From contig JBBQYG010000019.1 in assembly GCA_038208905.1 (NCBI GenBank), forward strand, positions 1 through 37,307: 37,307 nt of DNA, read 5' to 3'. The translations under genes were made by a program, and so were the position numbers. Position 1 is the stretch's first letter. The number at the start of each line of letters is the position of its first letter. Positions 9,071 to 18,052 of the stretch are shown here, piece by piece. The stretch comes from Candidatus Sumerlaeia bacterium. GTDB taxonomy: Bacteria; Sumerlaeota; Sumerlaeia; SLMS01. Below the pieces are notes generated by a model. It had not been told where the DNA came from. It searched no databases and saw only the letters and a list, made by a program, of their open reading frames with translations.

Positions 9071-9838
9071 GTGTCCGATTTGGATAACAAGACATTCTGG
9101 ATCACCGGTGCCAGCAGTGGCATCGGCGCCGCCACGGCGCGCCGCCTAGCCGCTCCGGGGCGTCGAATCGCCCTGACCGCCCGCCGCCGGGACGCCTTGG
9201 AGGCGTTGGCCGAAGAACTGAGAAAAACCGGCGCCACCGTCGAAGTCCACCCCGCCGACGTGACCGACCGGCAGGCGGTGCTTTCCGCCGGGGAACACAT
9301 CGCCGCCAGTCTGGGCGCTGTGGATGTCCTTTTTTCCTGCGCGGGCGACTACGAGCCCTTTGACGCGACAAAATTCGACAGCGCGCGGATCGAGCACACG
9401 ATGCGCGTGAATTACTCCGGCACGATGCACTGCGTCCAGGCGGTGCTTCCCGCCATGATCGCCCGGCGCGCCGGCTATCTGGTCATTGTGTCCAGCATCG
9501 TCGGCTATCGCGGGTTGCCCAACTCATCGCCATACAGCGCGACCAAGGCCGCCCTGATCAACTTTTTCGAGGGCCTGCGCTTCGACCTGAAGCGCCACCG
9601 CATCGACGTGTCGCTGGTGAATCCCGGATTCGTGAAGACCGATCTGACGGACAAGAACGAGTTCCCGATGCCCTTTCGCATCACGGCCCCGGAAGCTGCG
9701 CAGAAGATCGTCGCGGGGATGGAGAAGCGTCGGCGCGAGATTCATTTCCCGTGGCAGTTCACGTGGACGATGAAGCTGCTGCGCGTGATTCCCTTTCCGA
9801 TCTATAGCTGGCTGATCCAGTCGAAGGTGGCCAAGTGA
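9071..9838 (+). CDS. short-chain dehydrogenase/reductase
   Basis: TGASSGIG, YSATK (YxxxK), NPGFVKT. Stop overlaps the next start (GTGA). Confidence 0.92.
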   Translation: MSDLDNKTFWITGASSGIGAATARRLAAPGRRIALTARRRDALEALAEELRKTGATVEVHPADVTDRQAVLSAGEHIAASLGAVDVLFSCAGDYEPFDATKFDSARIEHTMRVNYSGTMHCVQAVLPAMIARRAGYLVIVSSIVGYRGLPNSSPYSATKAALINFFEGLRFDLKRHRIDVSLVNPGFVKTDLTDKNEFPMPFRITAPEAAQKIVAGMEKRRREIHFPWQFTWTMKLLRVIPFPIYSWLIQSKVAK

Positions 9839-11106
9839 GCAGCGGCGCGCTCCGCATCGCGGTGATCGGATCGGGAATCTCCGGCATTGTGGCCGCGCAC
9901 CTCCTTCAGCGGCGCCACGCGGTGACGCTCTTCGAGAAGAAGAGCTATGTTGGCGGCCATACCAACACCGTGAACGTGGACGACGGACCCGACGCGGGAA
10001 CGCCGGTGGACACGGGATTCATTGTCTGCAACGACAAGACATATCCCACGTTTCACCGATTCCTGAAGGACCTTGGCGTGCGGTGGCGCTGGGCCGACAT
10101 GTCATTCGGATTTCACGACGAGACCACCGGCCTTCAGTATGCGGGAACCACGCTGTCGGGCTTGTTTGCCCAGCCCGTCAACGCGCTGAATCCGCGGTTC
10201 CTCCACATGCTGTGGGAGATTCGCCGCTTCAGCCGCCTGGCGCTCCGCGATCTCGGCAACCACCGCCTCGACCGGATCAGTCTGGGCTGGTACCTGCGCC
10301 GCCACCGATTCGGCGCGGGCTTTATCGACAACTTTATCGTGCCGATGGGCGCGGCGATCTGGTCCACGCGGGCCGACAGGATGCTGCGTTTCCCGGCGTG
10401 GACCTTTATCCGATTTTTCAAGAATCACGGCCTACTGGAATTGAAGGATCGCCCGCGGTGGCAGACCATCGTGGGCGGCAGTCAATCCTATGTGAGGGCG
10501 TTCCTCGCGCGCTTTGCCGGCACCGTAAGGCTCAACGCGCGCCTCGCCGCCGTGATCAGGTCCGAATCCGGCGTGACCATTCGCCACGACGACGGCCAAG
10601 ACGAGCATTTCGACCAAGTGGTGATCGCGGCCCACGCCGACGAGGTGCTGCGCGTGCTGGGCGATCCCTCGCCCGACGAACGGCGCCTCTTTGGCGCGTG
10701 GCGCTATGAGCGCAACCGCGTGGTCCTTCACACCGACGAGGCCGTGATGCCGCCCAACCGCCGCGCGTGGGCATCGTGGAACTACACGCGCGAGGCCCGG
10801 GCCGACCGCGGCGCGGCCCTATCGATGACATACGACATGAATCGCCTCCAGGGGTTGAAAACGCGCCGTCGCTATCTGGTAACTCTGAATCGCAAGGGCC
10901 CCATCCACGAGTCGCGCGTCCTTCGCGAGTTCCACTACCGGCACCCGCTCTATACCACGGCCTCCATTGCGACCCAGGCGGAAATCGCCGCGCTGGGCGG
11001 AACCAACAACACATGGTTTTGCGGAAGCTATCACGGCTTCGGGTTTCACGAGGATGGTGCGAAATCCGGCGCCGCGGTGGCCGCGGGATTCGGAGTTACA
11101 CTCTAG
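9835..11106 (+). CDS. FAD-binding oxidoreductase COG2907 (UfaD-like fatty acid desaturase)
   Basis: IGSGISG, GGHTNTV, VDTGFIVCN, FFKNHGLL, AWASWNY, GFGFHEDG. Adjacent to a cfa-like gene. Confidence 0.88.
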   Translation: MSSGALRIAVIGSGISGIVAAHLLQRRHAVTLFEKKSYVGGHTNTVNVDDGPDAGTPVDTGFIVCNDKTYPTFHRFLKDLGVRWRWADMSFGFHDETTGLQYAGTTLSGLFAQPVNALNPRFLHMLWEIRRFSRLALRDLGNHRLDRISLGWYLRRHRFGAGFIDNFIVPMGAAIWSTRADRMLRFPAWTFIRFFKNHGLLELKDRPRWQTIVGGSQSYVRAFLARFAGTVRLNARLAAVIRSESGVTIRHDDGQDEHFDQVVIAAHADEVLRVLGDPSPDERRLFGAWRYERNRVVLHTDEAVMPPNRRAWASWNYTREARADRGAALSMTYDMNRLQGLKTRRRYLVTLNRKGPIHESRVLREFHYRHPLYTTASIATQAEIAALGGTNNTWFCGSYHGFGFHEDGAKSGAAVAAGFGVTL

Positions 11107-11178
11107 TGCAAAACGCTGAAACACCTCGAGGCGCTGAATTGCAGGCGACCCCTATCTCCCCGATGCGGATGGATCGAA

Positions 11179-12450
11179 ATGGACTCTGAGGCCACTACCA
11201 ATCAATCGATCGCGCTGAGCGGCCAACGGTCGGGTCCCATCGAGCGGCTCGCCCAAAAGGCTGTGCTCTCGCACTTCGCAAAAATCCGCCGAGGGTATCT
11301 GGAGATCCAGACGCCCGACGGAGACTGTCACGCATTTGGCGACGAGTCCTCCGCGCTGCGCGGCATCGTCCGCGTCCGCGATACGCAGTTTTTCCGCCGC
11401 AGCCTGGTCGGCGCCGACATTGGATTCGGCGAGTCCTACATGGAGGGCGAATGGGATTCCCCCGATGCGACGGCGGTGCTCCGCGTCCTTGCCGAAAACA
11501 TGCAGCACGCCGACGAGCGTGGCTTTCTCGCGAATCGGATCGTGCGCGCGGGCGACCGCATCCGCCACTTCCTGAACGCAAACACTCGACTCGGCAGCCG
11601 CAAGAACATCGCGCGCCACTATGACTTGAGCAACGACTTCTTTCGCGTCTTCCTCGACGAGACGATGACATACTCCTGCGCGCTCTGGCGGCGGCCGGAG
11701 GAGACGCTGCGCGAGGCCCAGCTCGGCAAGATCCACGCCCTGATCGCGCAGGCCCGCATAGGGCCCAACGACCACGTGCTGGAGATCGGCTCGGGATGGG
11801 GAGCGCTCGCAATCGAGGCCGTCCACAAGACCGGATGCCGCGTCACGACGGTGACCCTTTCCCGCGAGCAGCTCGCGGTCGTGCGGGAGCGCGTCAATGC
11901 CGCCGGCCTCGAGGACCGGATCACTCCCATGCTCTGCGACTATCGCGACGTGCAGGGACAATTCGACAAGGTGGTCTCGGTCGAGATGCTTGAAGCCGTG
12001 GGCCACGAGTATCTGGGCACGTTCTTCAAGACGGTGGATCGGCTCCTGGCGCCCAACGGCATCGCAGCCATCCAGGTGATCACAATCCCGGACCAGCGCT
12101 ACGACAGATACCGCCGCAGCACGGACTGGCTGCAGAAGCACATTTTCCCCGGTGCCGTGGTGCCATCGCTGACCGCGCTGACCAACGCGATGACGCGCGA
12201 TTCGTCGCTCATGATCGAGCGCGCGGAGAACATCGGCATCCACTATGCCCGCACGCTGCGCGAGTGGCGCCAAGTATTCCTCGCCAACATCGATTCCATT
12301 CGCGGGATGGGATTCGACGACCGGTTCTGCCGCATGTGGGACTACTACCTGCGCTACTGCGAGGCCGGCTTCGAGAGCCGCCTTCTGGGCACCATGCACC
12401 TGATGCTGACGCGGCCCAACAACATCACGCTGCCCGTCCATGGCGAGTAA
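11179..12450 (+). CDS. cfa: cyclopropane-fatty-acyl-phospholipid synthase family SAM methyltransferase (Cfa/UfaM-like)
   Basis: GFGESYMEGEW, NIARHYDLSNDFF, MTYSCA, LEIGSGWG, SVEMLEAVG, HIFPG, WDYYLRYCEAGF. Confidence 0.92.
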   Translation: MDSEATTNQSIALSGQRSGPIERLAQKAVLSHFAKIRRGYLEIQTPDGDCHAFGDESSALRGIVRVRDTQFFRRSLVGADIGFGESYMEGEWDSPDATAVLRVLAENMQHADERGFLANRIVRAGDRIRHFLNANTRLGSRKNIARHYDLSNDFFRVFLDETMTYSCALWRRPEETLREAQLGKIHALIAQARIGPNDHVLEIGSGWGALAIEAVHKTGCRVTTVTLSREQLAVVRERVNAAGLEDRITPMLCDYRDVQGQFDKVVSVEMLEAVGHEYLGTFFKTVDRLLAPNGIAAIQVITIPDQRYDRYRRSTDWLQKHIFPGAVVPSLTALTNAMTRDSSLMIERAENIGIHYARTLREWRQVFLANIDSIRGMGFDDRFCRMWDYYLRYCEAGFESRLLGTMHLMLTRPNNITLPVHGE

Positions 12451-12787
12451 CCCCACGCGGGCCGTCCGCCTGGCGGCCACGGCGGTGCTGGTCGCCTTCG
12501 TCGGCTACCTGTGCTGGGAGTTCGCGTTCAACATGCCGTCGAGCTTCGCCGCCGTGATGAGCGAGTTCTGGGGCCGGGCGATGCTGGTGGACCTCTACAT
12601 CGGGGTCGCAATCTTTGCGGCTTGGGTGATCTATCGAGAGGCGGCGTTGCTGCCGCGGGTCCTCTGGCCCATCGCATTTCTCTTCCTTGGCAACGTCGCA
12701 ACACTCCTCTACGTTCTGATTGCGCTTCGGTCGGCAACGGGGCCCGGTGGCATGAATCAATTCTTTCACGGAAGGCGAACCAAATGA
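12440..12787 (+). CDS. small membrane protein, DUF1475-like
   Basis: Three hydrophobic segments; WGRAMLVDLYIG, WVIYRE, LGNVATLLYV. Overlaps both neighbours. Confidence 0.75.
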   Translation: MASNPTRAVRLAATAVLVAFVGYLCWEFAFNMPSSFAAVMSEFWGRAMLVDLYIGVAIFAAWVIYREAALLPRVLWPIAFLFLGNVATLLYVLIALRSATGPGGMNQFFHGRRTK

Positions 12788-13353
12788 CGGCGATCAAACT
12801 CAGGCATCTTGCTGCCGCGATCCTATGTATTGTGGCGTGGGCGATTCCGCTCGCGGCGAAAACCTCGTCCTCGCAGGTCTGCGTTGAGAAGAACTGCTAC
12901 CCCCGCGTCGCGACCATTGCCGAAAAGGAAGTCGCCCTGCGCGGCGCAGCGCTCCTGCGCTTCTGGGGGTTCCATATCTATACGGCCGGCTACTATGAAG
13001 GCAACCGCTCCGCCGATGCGCCGCCCTCTCGCAAGCTCGTCCTCAACTACCTGCGGACGATCACCAAGAAGGACATCGTGAGGGCGACCGAAAAGGGGAT
13101 CGAGAAGAACCCCGACGCCAATCGCGCGGAGCTGGCCGAACGCCTGGACTTGCTCTACTCCGCGTATGTGGACGTGAGGAAGGGCGACAGCTACGAGATT
13201 GTCTATACACCCGGGACCGGCACCGCCGTCAGCTTCAACGGCACCCTGAAAGTGACCATTCCCGGCGACGATTTCGCCGATGCATTTATTGGCATCTGGG
13301 TCTCGGAACACGCACTCAGCCAATCGCTCAGGGACAAGTTGACCAGCGGCTGA
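12784..13353 (+). CDS. secreted chalcone-isomerase-like fatty-acid-binding protein
   Basis: ATGA overlap with the previous gene; signal peptide; LRFWGFHIYTAGYY, DVRKGD, FADAFIGIWVS, LRDKL. Confidence 0.85.
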   Translation: MTAIKLRHLAAAILCIVAWAIPLAAKTSSSQVCVEKNCYPRVATIAEKEVALRGAALLRFWGFHIYTAGYYEGNRSADAPPSRKLVLNYLRTITKKDIVRATEKGIEKNPDANRAELAERLDLLYSAYVDVRKGDSYEIVYTPGTGTAVSFNGTLKVTIPGDDFADAFIGIWVSEHALSQSLRDKLTSG

Positions 13354-13359
13354 CGCGGA

Positions 13360-15141
13360 CTACTTTGGCGGCTGCACGGGCCCCACGTATCGCGGCGTCG
13401 CGATGGGGCCCTCGCCACTGAAAAGGTCGGCGAGGTTCGGATCCGCCAGCGCATCCGCCAGCGGCAGCTTGCGCCCGTCCACCTCCACCATGCGCCGAAT
13501 CGGGCGGATGCCGTGGCTGTAGTCCACGTACCAATCCACATGCACGATCGTCAGCGGCTGGATTGGTTTCCCGGTCTTGTAGTGCCAGCCATAGATCGCG
13601 ACGCGATGGGGCTTCTCCTTCAGGCGGTTGGAGATCACCACGTCCTTCTTGGTTCCGGCGATCAATTGTCCCAGCGGCGCCGCGCCGCGCTGCTCCTCGA
13701 TGAGGCGGTGATTCTCCAGATAAGTCGCAGGTTCCTCGCGGCGCTCGGTCATCGGCTGGGGCTCCAGATGAAGCGTCGCGCTCGTCCAGATGTCGTCCAC
13801 CATCTTCACCGTGGGAAGCGTATATCCAAACGCGTCGCAGAACGCCTGGGCCGTGTATGGATTCATCGGCATGCGGACGAAATCCGCGTCCGATCCGATG
13901 GAGAGATAGTCCGGCATCGCCTCGAACGTTGCAACCCGCCGCGTGCCGTCCAGCGTTGTCGCCACGACGGTGACAGGGACGGTCCTGCGCAAGAACTCGG
14001 GAACATTGCCCGCCGTCAACTGAGCCAGCACGGCCGCCTCGCGCTCTTCCTTGGATAGGCCCTGTATAGACGCGATGAACGCGCTCCCCGTGGAGGCGTC
14101 GGCCGCGCGCGCGGGAATCGGCTTCTCTCCCGCTGCTTCGCCCTCCGTCGGAATGTCCTCGATGAATTGTCCATACGCGCGCGGACCGTCGATGGACGCC
14201 AGCTTCCCCTCAGGCTTCGTGCCCACCGTCATCGCGTGGATGAATCCGTTGCGGTCGCCAACGAGCGCCGTGTGCAGAATCTTCAACTCGGGATTGCGGT
14301 GGATCAGGATCTCGATTCCCGGCGCGCGGAAGTGCTCGTAATCCCCAAGAGTTGTCTCCGGCAGTTCGCGGTCCTTGCGAATCCGGTCAATCATGCGATG
14401 TGTCGCGCGATAGGTGCCGCCAGTGTCGGAGACGATCTTCTTCCCATTCAGCTCCACATTTCGGTCGTCATAGGCCATCGCCACAACCTGTCGCGCGGGA
14501 TCGCCGGCGAGCCATGCCAGGACCTTGTCGCCGTGGCGCTCCTCGTCGCTGTAGCTGTAGTTGCTGTCGAGCCACGCGATCCGGTCCACCCATTCAGGAA
14601 TTGCCTCGACGGCATTGAGGAATCCCGTGGTGAAACTGCCGCCGCCGCTGTGGCCTGTCAGCGTCACCGTGTGCTTCATCCCCGCGAATGGCCTCCGAAT
14701 CTCCTCCACTAGCGCCAGGATGATCGGACCCGGCTCCGCCTGATTCTTACGCCACGTGGGCCAGCTGCGTCCCTCGGCCTCCAGATAGACAACCACCACA
14801 TTGCGATCCGTCATTGCCTCGCGGAGGACCCGCGTCTGGGCCCCGATGTGCTGGATATCGAAATGCCAGTCGAGCCCCTCCTTCCGCGCCCGGCCGATGG
14901 TCTGGTCGGTGGTGTTCCCGTTTGGAAGCGCGTATAGAATGATAGACACAGGCAATGCGGGGTCCACCGTCGGAGGCGCGACGATGCGGACATGCACCCC
15001 CGGATCGAATGTGAACGCGCGGACTTGTTCCGAGAAAACCCCCTGCGTCTCGAACCCCTCAAGCGCGGCCCGCGAATACCCTGGCATCAGGAACGCCAGC
15101 AAGCATCCAATCGACACTCGAATGAAAATCCACCGCGTCAT
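13360..15141 (-). CDS. secreted alpha/beta-hydrolase fused to an uncharacterised C-terminal domain
   Basis: Start ATG 15141 (ATGA overlap with the upstream stop); signal peptide; ALPNGN, GHSGGG nucleophile elbow, WLDSNY. C-terminal domain has DYLSIGSD, RMPM, IYGWH, YVDYSHGIR. Confidence 0.8.
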   Translation of the reverse strand: MTRWIFIRVSIGCLLAFLMPGYSRAALEGFETQGVFSEQVRAFTFDPGVHVRIVAPPTVDPALPVSIILYALPNGNTTDQTIGRARKEGLDWHFDIQHIGAQTRVLREAMTDRNVVVVYLEAEGRSWPTWRKNQAEPGPIILALVEEIRRPFAGMKHTVTLTGHSGGGSFTTGFLNAVEAIPEWVDRIAWLDSNYSYSDEERHGDKVLAWLAGDPARQVVAMAYDDRNVELNGKKIVSDTGGTYRATHRMIDRIRKDRELPETTLGDYEHFRAPGIEILIHRNPELKILHTALVGDRNGFIHAMTVGTKPEGKLASIDGPRAYGQFIEDIPTEGEAAGEKPIPARAADASTGSAFIASIQGLSKEEREAAVLAQLTAGNVPEFLRRTVPVTVVATTLDGTRRVATFEAMPDYLSIGSDADFVRMPMNPYTAQAFCDAFGYTLPTVKMVDDIWTSATLHLEPQPMTERREEPATYLENHRLIEEQRGAAPLGQLIAGTKKDVVISNRLKEKPHRVAIYGWHYKTGKPIQPLTIVHVDWYVDYSHGIRPIRRMVEVDGRKLPLADALADPNLADLFSGEGPIATPRYVGPVQPPK

Positions 15142-16589
15142 GAAGTCGGCCTCCGTCGATAGAATTGCCAAACCTGCACAGGCCCCTGCGGCAGTTCGCC
15201 TTCGAGGGAATAGTTGTCCCGCAAGTCTGCCTCCAGGTCCGCGTCGCCATAGATCGGCTCCGTGTTCCCCCTCAGGTTCACGATCGCGATCCAATCCGGC
15301 TTGGCGGAGGCGAGCGGATGCGTCGCCCACGCCACGTTGCCGCCGTTGCGCCACAGGTGCCGCGCGATTTCCTTGTCGGCCAGCCCCAGCATGTCCACCA
15401 CGCGATGATCCATCAGGCGATAGGAAATCCCGCCGAGCCGGTTCGCGGCCACCGACTCCCCCGGCGCCATGCGCTGCGCAAGCCAGTCGCCCCCCGCAAG
15501 CTGGTTGGCGCCGCGCATCGGCTCGTTCAGTCCGTCCCCGCGCAGATACGCGGGCACCTCGCGCGAAAGCGACAGCGCGCCCGTCAACACAGCCGCCCCC
15601 GCCACCAGCCACACGCCGATTCCCGCCACCGGCAGCACCGCCAACCCACGCGCCGCCTGAACACACACCAGCGCCCACACGGGGATCAGGAACCGCCCAA
15701 ACGGCATCCAGTCGCCCCGTGTATAGACAACCAGCAGGACCGGCGGAATCGTCAGCAGCCCCGCCAGCGCACCGATGCGCCGGGGCCGCGACAGATGGCC
15801 GAGCACCACCAGCGGTGGCAGCGACGCGAGGATGAACGGGCTTAGGTACGCCAGCCCCAGCATCCCCCCAAACGTCCCGGGCGGCTTCGCATAGAACGGG
15901 TTCGGCAGCCACTCGCCGAAATAGGCCAGTCGGAACACCTGCCACGACATCGGGAACGCCAGCCACGTCATGAACAGAACCGGAATTCCCCGCCAACCGA
16001 AGTTCGCGATTCGCCACAGCCCCCACAGCGGACCAAACAGCGCCGCCTCTGGCCGGCACAGCGCCGCGAGCCCCAGCAGTACGGCCGTCCCCCACGCCGC
16101 GCGCCCCGCCTGCTCGCGCTCCAGCGCCGCGATCAGCAGCAGCCCCAGCAACGGAGTCTCCAGCCCCGCCGTCGCATGTACATGCACCCCCGGCGCCGCC
16201 AGAAACAGTCCCACCGCCGCCACCACTGCAAACTCCGGCGCGCCCATCCTCCACAACACTCTCAGCATCAACCATCCCGTCCCCGCCGCACACGCCAGCC
16301 CCACGATCTTTCCCCACGCCACCAGCGCCGCCGCCGAATTCGGCAGCACCAGCGCCGGAATCATCAGCGCCATCCACAGCGGATGGGAGAACCCCTCCAC
16401 CCGCTCCCCCGCGTTGAACACCAACCCATGACCCGCGCGCAGGTTCAGCAGATACCGATACGAAATGAACGCATCGTCGCACGTGTGATTCCACAGCAGC
16501 GCCTGAGGCACCACCAGCGCCACCACCAGCCCCAGCAGGAGCAGCGGTCGCGGAATCATCGCCGCGTCGGAGGGATTCGCCTGAGTCAT
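15138..16589 (-). CDS. multi-TM GT-C family glycosyltransferase (AftB/ArnT-like)
   Basis: DDAFISYRY, GLVFNAGERVEGFSHPLW, GLETPL, RPE, PNPFYAK, GDWMPFGRF, DMLGLAD. Confidence 0.8.
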   Translation of the reverse strand: MTQANPSDAAMIPRPLLLLGLVVALVVPQALLWNHTCDDAFISYRYLLNLRAGHGLVFNAGERVEGFSHPLWMALMIPALVLPNSAAALVAWGKIVGLACAAGTGWLMLRVLWRMGAPEFAVVAAVGLFLAAPGVHVHATAGLETPLLGLLLIAALEREQAGRAAWGTAVLLGLAALCRPEAALFGPLWGLWRIANFGWRGIPVLFMTWLAFPMSWQVFRLAYFGEWLPNPFYAKPPGTFGGMLGLAYLSPFILASLPPLVVLGHLSRPRRIGALAGLLTIPPVLLVVYTRGDWMPFGRFLIPVWALVCVQAARGLAVLPVAGIGVWLVAGAAVLTGALSLSREVPAYLRGDGLNEPMRGANQLAGGDWLAQRMAPGESVAANRLGGISYRLMDHRVVDMLGLADKEIARHLWRNGGNVAWATHPLASAKPDWIAIVNLRGNTEPIYGDADLEADLRDNYSLEGELPQGPVQVWQFYRRRPTS

Positions 16590-16633
16590 TGGAAAAGGGA
16601 ATGATCGATTCGGGAGAAGGAGTCAGCAGGAAA

Positions 16634-16975
16634 TCATCGCGGGAGGGTCCCCGCCAACTCCGCCAGCGCCTTCACATCGCCCTCGCCAACCCCCGGCAGA
16701 ACTCCCACGTCCTCCCACGGAGGAAGTCGCATGGACTCCGCCCCGGCGTCGCGATACAGCAATGTCGCCGTCTTGTGATCCATCCAGTGGCATCCGCATG
16801 GACAGGACAATGGGAGCGGAAGCAGTCAAGATCACCGCAAGAGGAAGGAGCCGACCATCATCAACTCGGCAATGAGGCGGAGGACCGGATTCTCTACGTC
16901 AAAGCTGAACAGTACGGAATTCCCTAGGAGGAAGACCACGATGGTGTGGCCCTCCAACACGAACCATACCCTAGC
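16634..16975 (-). pseudogene. possible frameshifted gene remnant
   Basis: Protein-like fragments in different frames: hydrophobic WFVLEGHTIVVFLLGNSVLF...LMMVGSFLL, and MDHKTATLLYRDAG...VLPGVGEGDVKALAELAG (16634-16783). Confidence 0.25.
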
Positions 16976-17095
16976 CCACCATCAAACCCCCCGCGCCTTG
17001 CCGCCGTCCGTCGCCATGCCGCTTGTCCTCTTCCTTGACCGCCCCTCCTACCTGCTCCATCACAACCCCATGAAACGCAAGGGAACCATCGCGAC

Positions 17096-18052
17096 ATGAG
17101 CCGAATCGCCACCATCGAGGGCGTGGACCTCCACCTGGCCCATCCCGATACCATCGAGCTGAAGTGGATCGGCAACGACCGCGTCAGGGAGCAGCTTCTG
17201 GCGTCGTGGCTGGTGATCGCCCCGGGGGACCTTCCGCTGAACCCGCGCCTGATCGGCAAGCCCGGCGTGGGAAAAACGACGCTGGCATACGCCGTGGCGC
17301 GCTCCTTGGTGGAGAACGTGTATATCATGCAGTGCACCATGGACACCCGGCCAGAGGACCTGATCGTGACGCCGGTCATCGCGGGAGAGGGCCGCATCGC
17401 CTATCATGCGTCGCCGCTCGTTTCGGCGATGATCGCCGGCGGCGTTTGCGTGCTGGACGAGGGGAACCGCATGTCGGAGAAGAGCTGGGCCTCCCTCGCC
17501 CCGCTCCTCGACCGCCGCCGCTATGTTGAGTCCATCGTCGCCGGCCTCAAGATCCCCGCCCATCCCGATTTCCGCGTCTGCGTCACGATGAACGACGACG
17601 CCTCTACCTACGAGCTTCCCGAGTACATCGCCTCGCGCCTCCAGCCCCAGATCGAGGTGACGTTTCCCGACCGCGACGAGGAGATCGAGATTCTGCGCTT
17701 CAACGTCCCCTTCTCGGAAGAGACGCTGCTCGCCTATGTGGCCGACTTCCTCCAGAAGGCCCACTCGGTGGACCTCCCCTTCACCAGCCGCGATGGCGTG
17801 AACATCCTGCGCTTTGCGCTCAAGCTCGGCGCGCTGCGCAAGGAGCCCCCCGCCGGATACCTCAGCGACGCCATCGAGGCCGTCCTCGGCAAGGACGGCG
17901 TCGAGTTCCTGGACACCGGCGTGCCTTCCGACCGGCTGCGCGGCGCATCGCGCGGCATGGATGAGGACGAGGACCGCGACGAGCTGGATATCGAATCGCT
18001 CGACGACCTGTTCGAGATGGAGGACGAGGACGAGGATGACGACGAGCGTTAA
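17096..18052 (+). CDS. MoxR/CbbQ-like AAA+ ATPase with acidic C-terminal tail
   Basis: Walker A GKPGVGKT, Walker B VCVLDEGNR, VTMN sensor, ASRL arginine finger, D/E-rich tail. Confidence 0.88.
   Translation: MSRIATIEGVDLHLAHPDTIELKWIGNDRVREQLLASWLVIAPGDLPLNPRLIGKPGVGKTTLAYAVARSLVENVYIMQCTMDTRPEDLIVTPVIAGEGRIAYHASPLVSAMIAGGVCVLDEGNRMSEKSWASLAPLLDRRRYVESIVAGLKIPAHPDFRVCVTMNDDASTYELPEYIASRLQPQIEVTFPDRDEEIEILRFNVPFSEETLLAYVADFLQKAHSVDLPFTSRDGVNILRFALKLGALRKEPPAGYLSDAIEAVLGKDGVEFLDTGVPSDRLRGASRGMDEDEDRDELDIESLDDLFEMEDEDEDDDER

Noticed and set aside
15142-16494. N-terminal 450 aa of the 1044-aa ORF 13360..16494
   Set aside because: It is a Gly/Ala/Arg-rich alternate frame over the GT-C gene. The real protein starts at ATG 15141 with a signal peptide.
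17958-18050. GACGAG/GATGAG short repeats
   Set aside because: Explained by the Asp/Glu-rich tail of the ATPase.
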